Below are positions 35,401 through 47,400 of a DNA stretch of 64,000 nucleotides, piece after piece. The first letter of the stretch is position 1, and each line of letters begins with the position of its first letter. Origin of the DNA: Ascidiella aspersa (taxonomy: Eukaryota). The notes under the pieces are model-generated. The model was not told the DNA's origin and did no database searches. It was given only the letters and a program-made list of their open reading frames with translations. The stretch covers positions 32,550,001 through 32,614,000 of the forward strand of contig OZ004608.1 of assembly GCA_963924565.1 (NCBI GenBank), in the 5' to 3' direction. The position numbers were made by a program, and so were the translations under genes.

Positions 35401-38400
35401 ACAGCGTCCCTGTTTTTAATTTTCCAGTTGTGGAACAACTTTTTTCACCTTGGCGTGACCTTCCTGACGCAAGACCCACTTCAGATGGAAAGGTTCACCC
35501 ACAACAAGCGACACAGCATGGTCAAAAAGTAAACAATTCCACTATTTAAACAAGAATTAACCCGTTGTAATACAAAATCGTTGTGTTTGTTTTGTTATAG
35601 TTAAAAAACTACTGGACGATTTAATGGGGCCCCTTAAAACCCGGTCGTTATTTATATACAACTGTGAAAATTATTCACATATAAGAAACATTGTTGGGGT
35701 GTTTGATTTTTATAGCGTTTGAATTTCGAGGGTTGATTAATCTGTTCAAGCAGTAATTTTCTAACGATTCAAGTGCACTTCACATAAATGTGTCACGTTT
35801 TTTATTAATTCCTAATGTGTTTTTTGAAGTTTTTTTTACTTGGTTTATACCATTAATACAATGTGTAAGTTATTTTTGTTTTTGTTTTCTTTCTTGCCCA
35901 CTAAACATTTTTTGCTATTGGTCACATGCAGTCGGCCTCAACCGCTTTTACCTCACTTGTTTAAGCTTTCACGAAATTTATATTGTTAAAGTATTCAAAT
36001 AGACTCGTATTTTTGCTCAACTAATCCTAACCTGACTTTTTTAATTTTCAGATACGGCGACCTCCGTTGCGAAATGGGATACGAGATCAGAGGGATGTGG
36101 TTTAACCTCGGTAAAACGTTTACTTATTTTTCTAACTGAAAGAAATATTATATTATACTAAAGTATGATACATATTTCGGCTTAATTACTTTACTGACAC
36201 TCTTGTCAAATGTATCAAGATTTAACCAAGACATGAATTTTCTAGCGTTGTGTATTTACTGCCCTTGAACTTTTTTTCAATTTAATTGGTTTGTAGTTAA
36301 TTTTGTGTTCTGACTTCATTGTTAATTGTATTTTAACCAAGATTCAACCAAGACGTTGGATTTTCTATCTTAGCGTCCCTGTAGCGTTAAAACTTTTTTT
36401 AAATCCCTTTTAGTGTTTTTTGTTTATTTCAAATTCTGAAAATATTTTTCAAGTTTATTAAAACCAATATCTTAACAAAATCGAGTACAAAAATAAAACA
36501 AAATTAGGTTTTTTCTACTTTTGTATTTTTCCTTTCAAGTTTAAATCAAATGAGATTTAGTTCAATCACTGTGTTGACATTATTTCAAGGTGTATTTATA
36601 TAGTTCTAAAAAAGTTTTTTTTAATTACTTTTAGGCAAGCACAAGATCAAGTTTATCCCAGGAATGGTCGGCCCCATGCTGGAAATGACCTTGGTGCCCG
36701 AGTCTGACCTTCGCAAGGCCACCATCCCGATATTTTTCGACATGATGCAGTGTGAGCTTCACAGCACCGGAAACTTCAAGACCGTAAGTTTGGTCGTATC
36801 TTATTTGACCAGAAATCAACAACGATTCTATAGCGATACTTTATCAATACTGAAAAAAGTCGACTGATTTATAATGGTTTACGAGACGGCCATTCGTTCA
36901 ACAGTAGGAATGTGATTTGCGTCTAAAAATTTCCATAAATTTGGAAACCACACCTTATTTACCTGAAAATTGTAATGGTCTTTTCCGAAAGCGAATTTTT
37001 TAACGACACTGACAGACACACAGTGGCTATGCAGCCGCATCTTTTCATGTAATTTAAGTATGAAAATAGGTTCAGGCAATACTAGCTTTGATCAAGATAA
37101 CACCTCGTTCTCAAAATTAATAACTTTATATAATAGAGTGGAAAATGTTACTCCCGATTGCAGATTCGCCCATTCGTTTGTATATATTAGCCGCATTAAT
37201 GTATTAAGCCTGAAGTTAAACAAATCTGTAAAAGGTTTGACGATTAAATTTATTTTATCTTTTATAAAAAATCGATTTGTCGTGTTTATAAAATCAAAAA
37301 TAAAATAGAAAATCGATCTGTGTTACGTATCCTTGAAAGAGTTTCAAGTCTGAGATGGCAATTTCCAAACCTATTTAATTCCAAAATAAAGCGAATCTAA
37401 CTCCTGGTTTTACTTGAGATTCCCGCCCTCTAACGTTGTTTTCCTACCTAGTTTGAGAACGAGATGATCACTAAGCTTGATGTTCTGGTGGAAGGAGGAA
37501 GAGGCGACCAGGAGTACAGGAAGCTATTCAACGAAATGTGAGATTCTGTGTGATTTAAATATACCTGGGTTGGTATTAAAGCACAATGAGGTGTTCAACA
37601 AAGTGGATTTTTAATTTTAATCTTCTTTAACTTTAAAATGACAAAAAGATGAATGTATCTTTAAAATGACTTTGCATTAATCTTCCTTTTTTCCTCCAAA
37701 ACATCCGATTTTTTTTCGTAACCTGAGTTCCATATGTCTTTAGGGTCAACTGACTCGATAACCATTTTGTGGTTCTATGTTGATCCTTTGCTACTGTTCT
37801 CGCATTGAGCAACAAATCTTATCTTCAATTTTATAAAAGAATGTTCTGAAACTGGAATGGAAACGCCGTTATACATTTTTCCGCTCATATGGCTCAAAAG
37901 TTTAGTCTCAAACCCCGATATTGCAACTACCTTACTCAAAAATTTTAGATTAGACAAAGGAAGCCAAAATTCAAGAAGTTGTTTAAACAAAGAAAGAATG
38001 CTCTTCACCTGAAAAAACAATGGAAATTTTTAATGATTTTTGGAAAAAAATATTGGGAAAAAATGACTTTGTAATAGGTTAACTTTCCCTGCTTTCAAAG
38101 TTTTATCCTTTTGAAAAAGTACATTATTGTATTTTTCATGACTTGGAAAGACGACTATACTTTTAAACCTTTACGTTTATAAAGGTTTATGACCTTAACA
38201 TGTTAACTCTATCTCTCCTTTCTAGCATGTCGGAGTGGTGTGGAAAGCATCAGTACCTACGTACATCGGGCGTCGAGTTCGTCAACCTGGTCACCAAGCT
38301 GCTGGGACGACTGCTCGACTACCGTGACATCATAAGGGACGAGAATCGAGACAACCGAATGAGCTGCACCGTTAACTTACTGGTAAGTTAACCCATGTCG

Positions 38401-41400
38401 AGTAAGCATTAGAGGTATATCAGTATACCCATAATACCGCCCGATATTTCGCTTCCACAGATATATCGGTATCGGTTTATTTTGGCCGATACTGCTACAA
38501 AAATACAATGGTTTTTCCTAAAAAACAAACAAATTTCCTATAAAACGGTAAAAACGTGTATCAGTATCGGTCTGAAAAATGAACATTAGTCTACAATGAG
38601 GATGTCCGATAATATCGGTTTGTAGCCGATACCGGAGACAATGTGATAGTGTGTGTGTTCGCCCGATACTAGGGGCGGTATTGGTGCCGATACGATACTA
38701 ATTTAATTTCTATAATTCAGCTTTAATTTCCTAATGAACGTATAGGTTTCTTTGTTGAAAATATATTTAAACAAAATACTCACTAAAAAAACAGAAGATA
38801 ACTAATATTTCTAAAATTAAAAAAAAAAATTACCTAGAATTTTCTAGATTCTAGAAAAGAAAAAAAATTTCTAGAAAAACAAGTGTTTTTATCAAAATTA
38901 AAATCGTTGAGTTTTCAATAAATTTAAGCATATATTGTTCATATTGAACGAATTAGAAACTATTGACATGGTACGAATAAGAAACCAACCATTGATATAG
39001 TTTTACAACAGTTAACGTATGTCCAATGTTGTGAGCTAAATTTAAAAAAAAAACGCTTCACTCGATTGAATTGATGGCTGGACCAGATATATCGTCAGCC
39101 TAATCCACTTCGCACAGTTTGGCTGTAAAATAGTTCCAGGTCAAGTTGCTAGCGTATACCTCTGTTCCCATAGAACTTCTACAAGGACATCAACCGCTTG
39201 GAGATGTACGTTCGTTACCTCTACAAGCTGTGCGACCTGCATCTTGAATGCGAGAACTACACGGAGGCAGGCTTCACGCTGCTACAACACGCACAACTGC
39301 TAAACGTGAGAACTTGTGCCTTCTTTCACATATAGACAGCAAGAAACTAACATCCTTTATACTTACTAATGTTGTAAAAAGTTAACTATAATATGAACTT
39401 GTAAAATCAGGGTTTTTTAACTTTTTTTATTGCAGACTCTTGAAACAATTTTTTTGGTTAGCGTGCACCAGGGTTGGATTGACGTTTTAGGGATGACGTC
39501 ATCGAACAGGTAATCTACAAAACCTGCTGTTTTCAGGCTAACAAATGGAAACTGAAATAAAGTCTAAATAAACTGAGGGAAAAGGCGCCAAAGCATTTTT
39601 TTCATTAAATAATTTTCGTTTGAAAAATTAATTTCTTTTTCAAGTCATACATAAACCACTATTTTAATGAAGCCTTCATGGACTCCCTAAAACGAGTCCA
39701 CGTACACCCCAAGGGGTCCACGGAACCCAATTTAAGAAACCCCGCTCTAGTCGATTATGCTACTTCCATAAGTGTGACAAAACATTTTTCATGCTAATCA
39801 AACTAATAGGTTTTGTTCATTTAGTTTTTCTCTAATATACCTCTATAGTTTAAATTAATTTCAAGGGATTTTCCAACAACTGCTGAACGTAAGCGCCAAA
39901 CGCCCCTGTCATTTAGACACGCAGACAAACAATACGTTTATCCTAATAGTGTTACAATAATTTTGTCTAGTGTTTACTCGATTTCAAGTAAAGTCGAATC
40001 CAAAGTCGATTTTTTTTAAGAAACAAAGACTCCACATCGATTCATCGTATTTCAAAAGCCAATTTTTAAGCCATTAAAGATAATTGTTGGGCTCTTTTAT
40101 ATTGTCAGGTTAAGGCATTACCTCAAAGTCAAGTCATTTCACGGCAAATCCCAATCACTTGTGTTAGTTTATTTCTTCTTTTCAAAGCTTTTGTTGTTGC
40201 CTTTTAAATTGATTTTCACGGCAGCCTTCGTTCATTTAAACTTACCAAGAAGTTTAGTCTAAAATGCTTGGATTGTCGGAAAGATTTTAAAGCGGCCATA
40301 GTAAAAAAGCTCAAAATCATTGCTAAACCATGTTTTTTTACCATTGGTCACTTGAAAAAAAACAACGTTAAACCAGGGTTCTCAAAGTTTTTTGATATCC
40401 CCCTTACAAGCCCAAACTCTGTCAATTGCTATCCTGCAAAAGGCCAACAAGTATTACCTCTTTTTTATGTATTACTACGATGTACCCTGCTGACAGAAAA
40501 TCAAACCTTAAGAAAAAGAGTCTAAAAAAAATACGTGTAACTGCAAATAAACAATATTGCGCCAAAAGCCAAGACTTGTTAGAAACATTTGGATGCGCTA
40601 ATTGTCTGAAAGTTAAGTTTGTTGAGCATATGACCTAGGTATTAATTTTATACCTATGTTAAAGTGCCTGCATTGGTGTATATTTCTTCGGATGTAACTA
40701 TAAATAAACAGAGGAATCAGGTGGTGGCACTGTATAACGACAAATTGTATTGGATTCTCGACAAGCTTTCGCACAGCCGTGCTTCATCAGGTCAAAGTGT
40801 AAAACATTTTATACTTTGACCTGATGAAGCACGGTTGTGCGAAAGCTTGTCGAGAATCCAATACTATTTGTCGTTATACAGTGCCACCTGATTCCTCTAT
40901 TTAGAATTAGACAAATACGGCCATATACAAAGATATAAATAAACAATAGACTTATATTATTGGCTGAATAGACTTTTTACACTACCAATTATTACACTTA
41001 AATAAGCTTTTCGTTTTTAATCCATTTTTCCTCTCCAATTCCTCCCTGGAACATATTTCCTCCCCAAACTAAAAAATCCCTCCCTCCATTTGTGAACCAC
41101 CTTCAAAAAAACATTTCAATGTGCCCTCTAGTGGTCAGACGAGGTGCTGGTGACCCGTCTGCTGCGCTACCGCGACGCCGCCACGCATCGCGAGCTCAAA
41201 GAAGCCCTCTATTACGACATAGTCGACCTGTTCCAACGCGGCAAAATGTGGGAGGAGGGAATCAAGCTCTGCAAGGAGCTAGCTGTACAGCACGAACGCG
41301 AAACTTTCCGCTACCAACAACTATCCGAGATTCTGGTCAGTAAAATTTTTTGTATTTTTAGTGTTTCCGGATAAAAAATATTAATTTAGTGTTTCCAAAT

Positions 41401-44400
41401 TTGAAACTTTTTTTAGTGTTTCCAGATATTTATATATATATATTTTTGGTCGTTATTAACAGGTTTTCGGATAGAAGCCGAAAATTGAGTGTGGTAAATT
41501 GTTTTAATGTGAACTGTAAGCTTTTTTAATCATATTAGTAAAATAACTTCTTTCTCGCCATCTTTAATCAGACTTAAAAATCAACAGAAAAACAAAAACA
41601 AAAGAAGTGATAAAGTGATTAAAACACAACCTCTGCGTATATTATATTTATCAATGTGAAGGCTATATAAAAAAATTGTATTTTTGCAAAAATATAATAG
41701 AACTTTACGACTTCATTGATCAATTAAATTTTTTAAACCAACATACCAAATAAATATTCGCTTTTTATCACACTTTATATAATTTATTTAAAAATGCTTT
41801 GTTCTTGTTTTTGTAGTCGCGCCAAGCGGAGTTGTTCAAGAACATTACTACCACGATTCGACCCGAGCCCGAGTACTTCTTCGTCGGTTATTACGGACAA
41901 GGCTTCCCGACCTTTCTAAGGGTGAGCGCATTAATCGATAACAAATTCTATAGAGCTTTAAAAAAAGCAGAATGTTATCCCTTACTACAAAACGTAAAAA
42001 ATTCCCACGGTCGCGAGTTGGAATCCCAAGAAACAACCTCTCTTCTTTCCCGCAGAACCGGAAGTTCATCTTCCGTGGGAAGGAGTTCGAGCGATTGAGC
42101 GACTTCACAACTCGCATCCTCAACCTGCTCCCCAGCGCGCAAAAAATGAACAACACGTCACCACCTAGTGACGACGTTCTCAACTCGCCCGGAATGTGTA
42201 TCCTTCAAATTTGGCACGTTTACAGAATTGCTGCTTTAGGGCAGAACAGGGGTTGTAGAAATACGTAGTAAGAAGATAAAATAGCATATAGAAGTATAGG
42301 TATCATTTTAAAACGTTTCGAATCTCTATTTATTCTTTTTTTTTTTTGAATACTTTTCTTCTGTATGAGAATTGCTACTGTTTTGTACGTTATTCAACTT
42401 CGCTTAATTCAGTGCTTCTCAACCTCTGGGTCGCGACCCAAAATTGGGTGGCTGTTTGATTTGGTTGGGTCGCCAACCGCAGTAGCTCACATGTTTATAC
42501 TAATTGAGATTGGTTCTCAGCAAAATTCTCAATTAGGAAAATTAAAGAAGCAATGCAAATATTGTAGCCTATAGTTATTAAAATTCGAAATTCTTTATGA
42601 TAATGCCTATTTTTGTTCGCTTACAAGAAGCTATAGTTTTTATTTCGCTCACAAAAAAACGAAAACTCAATGAATGCGGTTTGCCAAGTTTCTGCGTGGT
42701 TTGACGTAGCGAATACATAAAAACAGCGGAAACTATTTTTTTAGGGTCAGATATATTTTAAATACGTGAAAAAATAATGCACCTAACCTGTGTTTTTTTG
42801 CCAAGTTTTAACTCATGAATACCGTAAAACAGAAAAAAGCTGCTCTTTTAGTACATTAAAAAAGCCTGGAAAATATGTAATTAGCCAAGTAATATTTTTT
42901 TTTAATTTTCGGCATCGTTCATAAAACTTAGGTGAATTTCTATTCGATGCCCTTTATTCTTCCGAATACGTTTTCCTTAACCGGATTCCACCTTCAGTCG
43001 TCCAAATGTACAAGGTGATTCCCATCATGGAGGAACCAGCGCACTTTAAGGGCAAGATTGTCGACGATCAAATCCTAAGGTCAGTCGTTTGTCATTTCTA
43101 CGCACATTTAAGCCGCAAAAACCTGTTATAAACACTATATTAATGTACGGTTACATTAACTGAGTAACAATTAATGGTAAAAATTAGCTTACCTCTGTTG
43201 ACACTTTTTTTGGTTTTGCTAGTTTTTAATCGTTTTAATGTAGTTTGCAATACGACAGCTGGTTGTAGGAAGTAAATGTAAATTTTACCGTGTTTAATAA
43301 TACATGATTGTCTTATAGTTGTATCGTCAAGGTTGTTGTTAAAAAAAAATAAAAAAATGTTCTTTTGAAACAAAATGATTAACTCTGTGCAACAATTCGT
43401 TGCTTTGCTAGTCGGTTTTTGCGATAAATAATGTCACCAGAAAGTTTTTCTTGTTCAGTTTCTACAAAGTGAACGACGTCCACCGCTTCAATTACTCAAA
43501 GCCCTTCCGAAAAGGCCCCAAGAACAAGGACAACGAGTTCGCCGTAAGTTGCAGTTATTTAATTTTTAGTTATTTTCTACAAATGACAAGCATATTTTAT
43601 TTAACCTATACGTGTTTTGCAGCTGTTTCGTTTTTGTCACGTTTGTTACACGGATATTTAATATATAGCCTGCCCTCGTTGTGAGAAAGACAATTTTACG
43701 TAAAAGCGAATTGAAAGCGTTATTTCTTTGCTTTTTGTTATAAGTGTTTCTTCTAAAAAAATGTTGTTATGCTCTCATTTCGACGTTCAACATTTACCAA
43801 ACCTTTTTCAATTCTGTTCCCATTTTTGCAGAGCATGTGGATTCAGCGTTTCACTTTCACGACTTGTTCTACACTTCCCGGAATACTGCGATGGTTCGAA
43901 GTCAACAAGTTCTCTATGGTAAGAGAGCGCACAATTTAGGACATCTGCAGTTATCTCGCGCATAATGCTAAAGTATTACACTTAGATAATACTAACTGAA
44001 ATCAATCATTGAAACGTTAGCCTGTGTTATAAGTTTAAATAGTTTGGACAGCTAAAAATCTACCAATATTCAATTTTTGCGTTTTTTAGTCGAGACAATA
44101 GAAAACATATATTTCCCATATTTGTTTTATTACAAATATATATGTTTGGGGACCCACATAAATTTCGATAACAAACACTAATGTGGCATGCGCAAACATG
44201 AAGCGTGCAATAATTTTTATAAAACACTTCAATGGATTGCGACAATACAAATTGTATATATTTTCTAACAAACGCCAATGTAGTACGCGTCCACAGAAAG
44301 AACAATTTTCTTAACCAACCCCAATGTGGTACGCGTCCACATAAAGCTTAAATTTTTCTTAACCAACCCCAATTTGGTACGCGTCCACATAAAGCTTAAA

Positions 44401-47400
44401 TTTTTCTTAACCAACCCCAATGTGGTACGCGTCCACATAAAGCTTAAATTTTTCTTAACCAACCCCATTGTGGTACGCGTCCACATAAAGCTTAAATTTT
44501 TCTTAACCAACACCAATGTGGTATTCGTCCACAGAAAGAGCTTAGTCCCCTTGAGAACGCGATTGAGTCAATGGAGACGAGCAACAGCGACGTTCGACGG
44601 ATGGTGCTCCTGTACCACCGCAACCCCAACGAACCCATCAACCCCCTTTCCATGAAGCTGAACGGGATGGTCGACCCCAGGGTGATGGGTGGATTCTCAA
44701 ACTACGAGAAGGTCGGTGTAAAACTTTTGGAAAGCTTAGATTGTTTTTGACGACAGTTTAAAATCATGGATCGCTCTTGTGTTAATTTTATTCGTAGAGA
44801 AAAGAAATTGATAAGACTATGACGACATTTCTAATTCAGTCTTTTACAAATTACTATCGATGCAGAGGTTTAATTACAAAAAAAGAAATAAAAATGAAAA
44901 AAAAACAGGAATTTGGTAATCGTACGAAAAGTGTAATAGTTGGTGTGTTGTTTAATCCTAAGGATTTGTCAAGCGGCAAATTTGTGGCGTTATTTTCTCC
45001 TTGTACTTTTCCAGGCTTTCTTTGTGGACTCGTATATTAACGAGAATCCAGATGAGCTTCAAAAGATCGCAACTCTCAAAGACCTCATCGCCTCACAGGT
45101 GAACTAATCGCAAGAAAACGTTTATAGTATCCAATAAAGCCTTTTCGAATCCTTAAATATCGTAGATTGTCTTTGGGGTTTGGTTTGCGTAATAATTTAC
45201 CAATAATCTTTGAATAGTGTTTAGCTTTTATTTTATCTGCCGCTTTAGAAAGTGCCATACTGAATCAATTATTTAAACTAATTGTAATAAACAATTTTCG
45301 TGTCGTAATTGTTATAGGCATTTAACCTTTTATATATTGAAATTTTTGAATTTACTTCGTAAAATTGTATTAACCCTCTATTATATACAAGATAAATCAC
45401 CCCTTTTAGTTTTTTATTTACCTAAAGTTTTTTTTTTTATTTTAGTTTTTTTTTTATTTAAAAAATATGGCATGTTTAGTTCACCAACTGTCTTCTGAAT
45501 GTTACTTTGAATAGGGTTTATTACTTAGGTGTTTTACCTATGCGTTTTACTTTATTTTAAAAAGAGTTGTTCCAAACTTTTAGCGGTGACAATTTTCTTT
45601 TTGAGGAGAAGTGGTAGAATTTACTAATTAACAAAGAGCAACGTAATAATAATACGCAAACCAGCTGTTATTTTTTTAGTGTATCGGCTGTACAAGTACA
45701 AGTAAAATAGCACTACAAGAAAAATAGCACTTAAAAAAAAATCGGCTGACAGAGAACTATTGTCCAGTTCTTCTCTATATTCAGAACCCAGAAGCATAAA
45801 AACACCAGTTTCTATAATGTATGTTTTCAACCTTAGATCCCACTGCTTGTACACGGAAATAGCACAAAAATAAGTAAAAAATATCGGCCGACAGAGAACT
45901 GTTATCAGTTATTCTCATTATTCAGATCTCAGTGGCGTAAAAACACCAGTTTCTTTAATGTATGTTTTCCACCTTAGATTCCACTGCTTGTACAAGGAAA
46001 TAGCACAAAAATAATTCAAAAAGGTCTACAAAATACGAGTGCTGAGTTCTTTTCTATATTCAGATCCCAGTGGCATAAAAACACCGGTTTCTATAATGTA
46101 TTGTCCCATCTTAGATTCCACTACTTGCTGAAGGCGTGCGCTTACATGGAGAACTTGCCCCACCAGCACTTCAGCCCTTCCATCAGAATATGGAGACGTG
46201 CTTTGTGGAGCTGAGGGCTAGTGTGGAGAAGAAGTACGGAAAGAAGGTACGTTTTTTTTTATATATAACAGTGATTCTTGAGCTTTTTTACCTCGCGGAC
46301 ACATTTTGCTTACCTACAATCGTCACACCCATCAAAATTTTAAAATAAAAAGTATCAAGCATTAAAAGCTACTTTAACGTTTAATTAAGTACTCGTGCAA
46401 ACGACTGAATGTATAAAAGCTATTACCCTTTTATTTTTTAGTACACGCAAACTAAGATATACGATTAGGTCGTATTAGAGCAATTTACAATTGGTACTTT
46501 CTCTGAAATAGGAAGGTATTATTTAGCCGATAAAGCCTTCTGAACGCAACATTTTCAAACCGGAAAACGATTTTAATTAAATAATTCGTGCAGTCATTTT
46601 TCTTTCTGTCCGTTTTTTTTAAATAAAAATATGCCCTTTAACAAAATAAGAAACAAAAAGTAAAAAAGGGAATAAACTGGACCAAATGTAAACCACTCGA
46701 CGTCTAAAAAATGCCCCTTCTATTCTGCGTAATTCCCCGTTCCTATCGCCCCCTGCCTTACCTCGCAGCCCCCGTTCGACGTGGGTGGCACAGTTCGTCG
46801 ACCCTCGCCCCAACACAAGAGGATAATGCAACAGGCAAGACCGGAGTCTATCCTCTCAATACAATCGAACACCTCCGACATATCTTCGTACGGAGGCGAC
46901 GGGTACGTAATAATTTACTGCTATAAATTCACGGTTGTTTTGTAACTCATAACGGAAACGGGAGCGCGTGGTGTAGGCTTGTTGTAATTGGGACGTACTA
47001 CGAGCCACCTTTCAAATTACGTTAGTCCGTTTGTTCGTATTATTTCCAATAGAGTGCTGTCCAATGCGCATTTGCCAGTTTACATTTTCCGTTTGAAAAC
47101 GTGTTAAATAAATGCTTCTATTGAGTTGTTTTCCTAATAATTATTGTGGTTGTTGTCATGATAGGTACATTATATTTTCCAACGTTTAAATTTGGTCAAT
47201 AGTTATTTTAGTGTTCGGTTCTTTTATGCAAGTTGTACAAAACACGTATAGTGTCGATCATCGTCTAGAACAGGGATGGCTAACCACTGTCCCGCGCCAC
47301 AGATTTTTGATGACCCACTTGTCTCTCTAGAAATACCGAAATGTTATCAATCTTTTTCATGAAAGAACAAATATAGAAAAACAGTTCTTCGTTAGATAAC

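Larger units (their letters stand above)
40706..40902. repeat. Near-perfect palindrome (~95-bp arms, almost no spacer), probable inverted Penelope-like pseudo-LTR remnant
   Basis: Arms gaggaatcaggtgg...gtcaaagtgtaaaa and ttttatactttgac...ccacctgattcctc are reverse complements with few mismatches. Confidence 0.9.

Noticed and set aside
44300-44534. ttcttaac motifs as U12 branch points
   Set aside because: The donor of this intron is GTAAGA (U2-type) and the motif is not the full TCCTTAAC.
44262-44540. Regular repeats here and at 11623, 52338 and 55550 as a CRISPR array
   Set aside because: Head-to-tail units with no unique spacers, eukaryotic intronic context and no cas genes.
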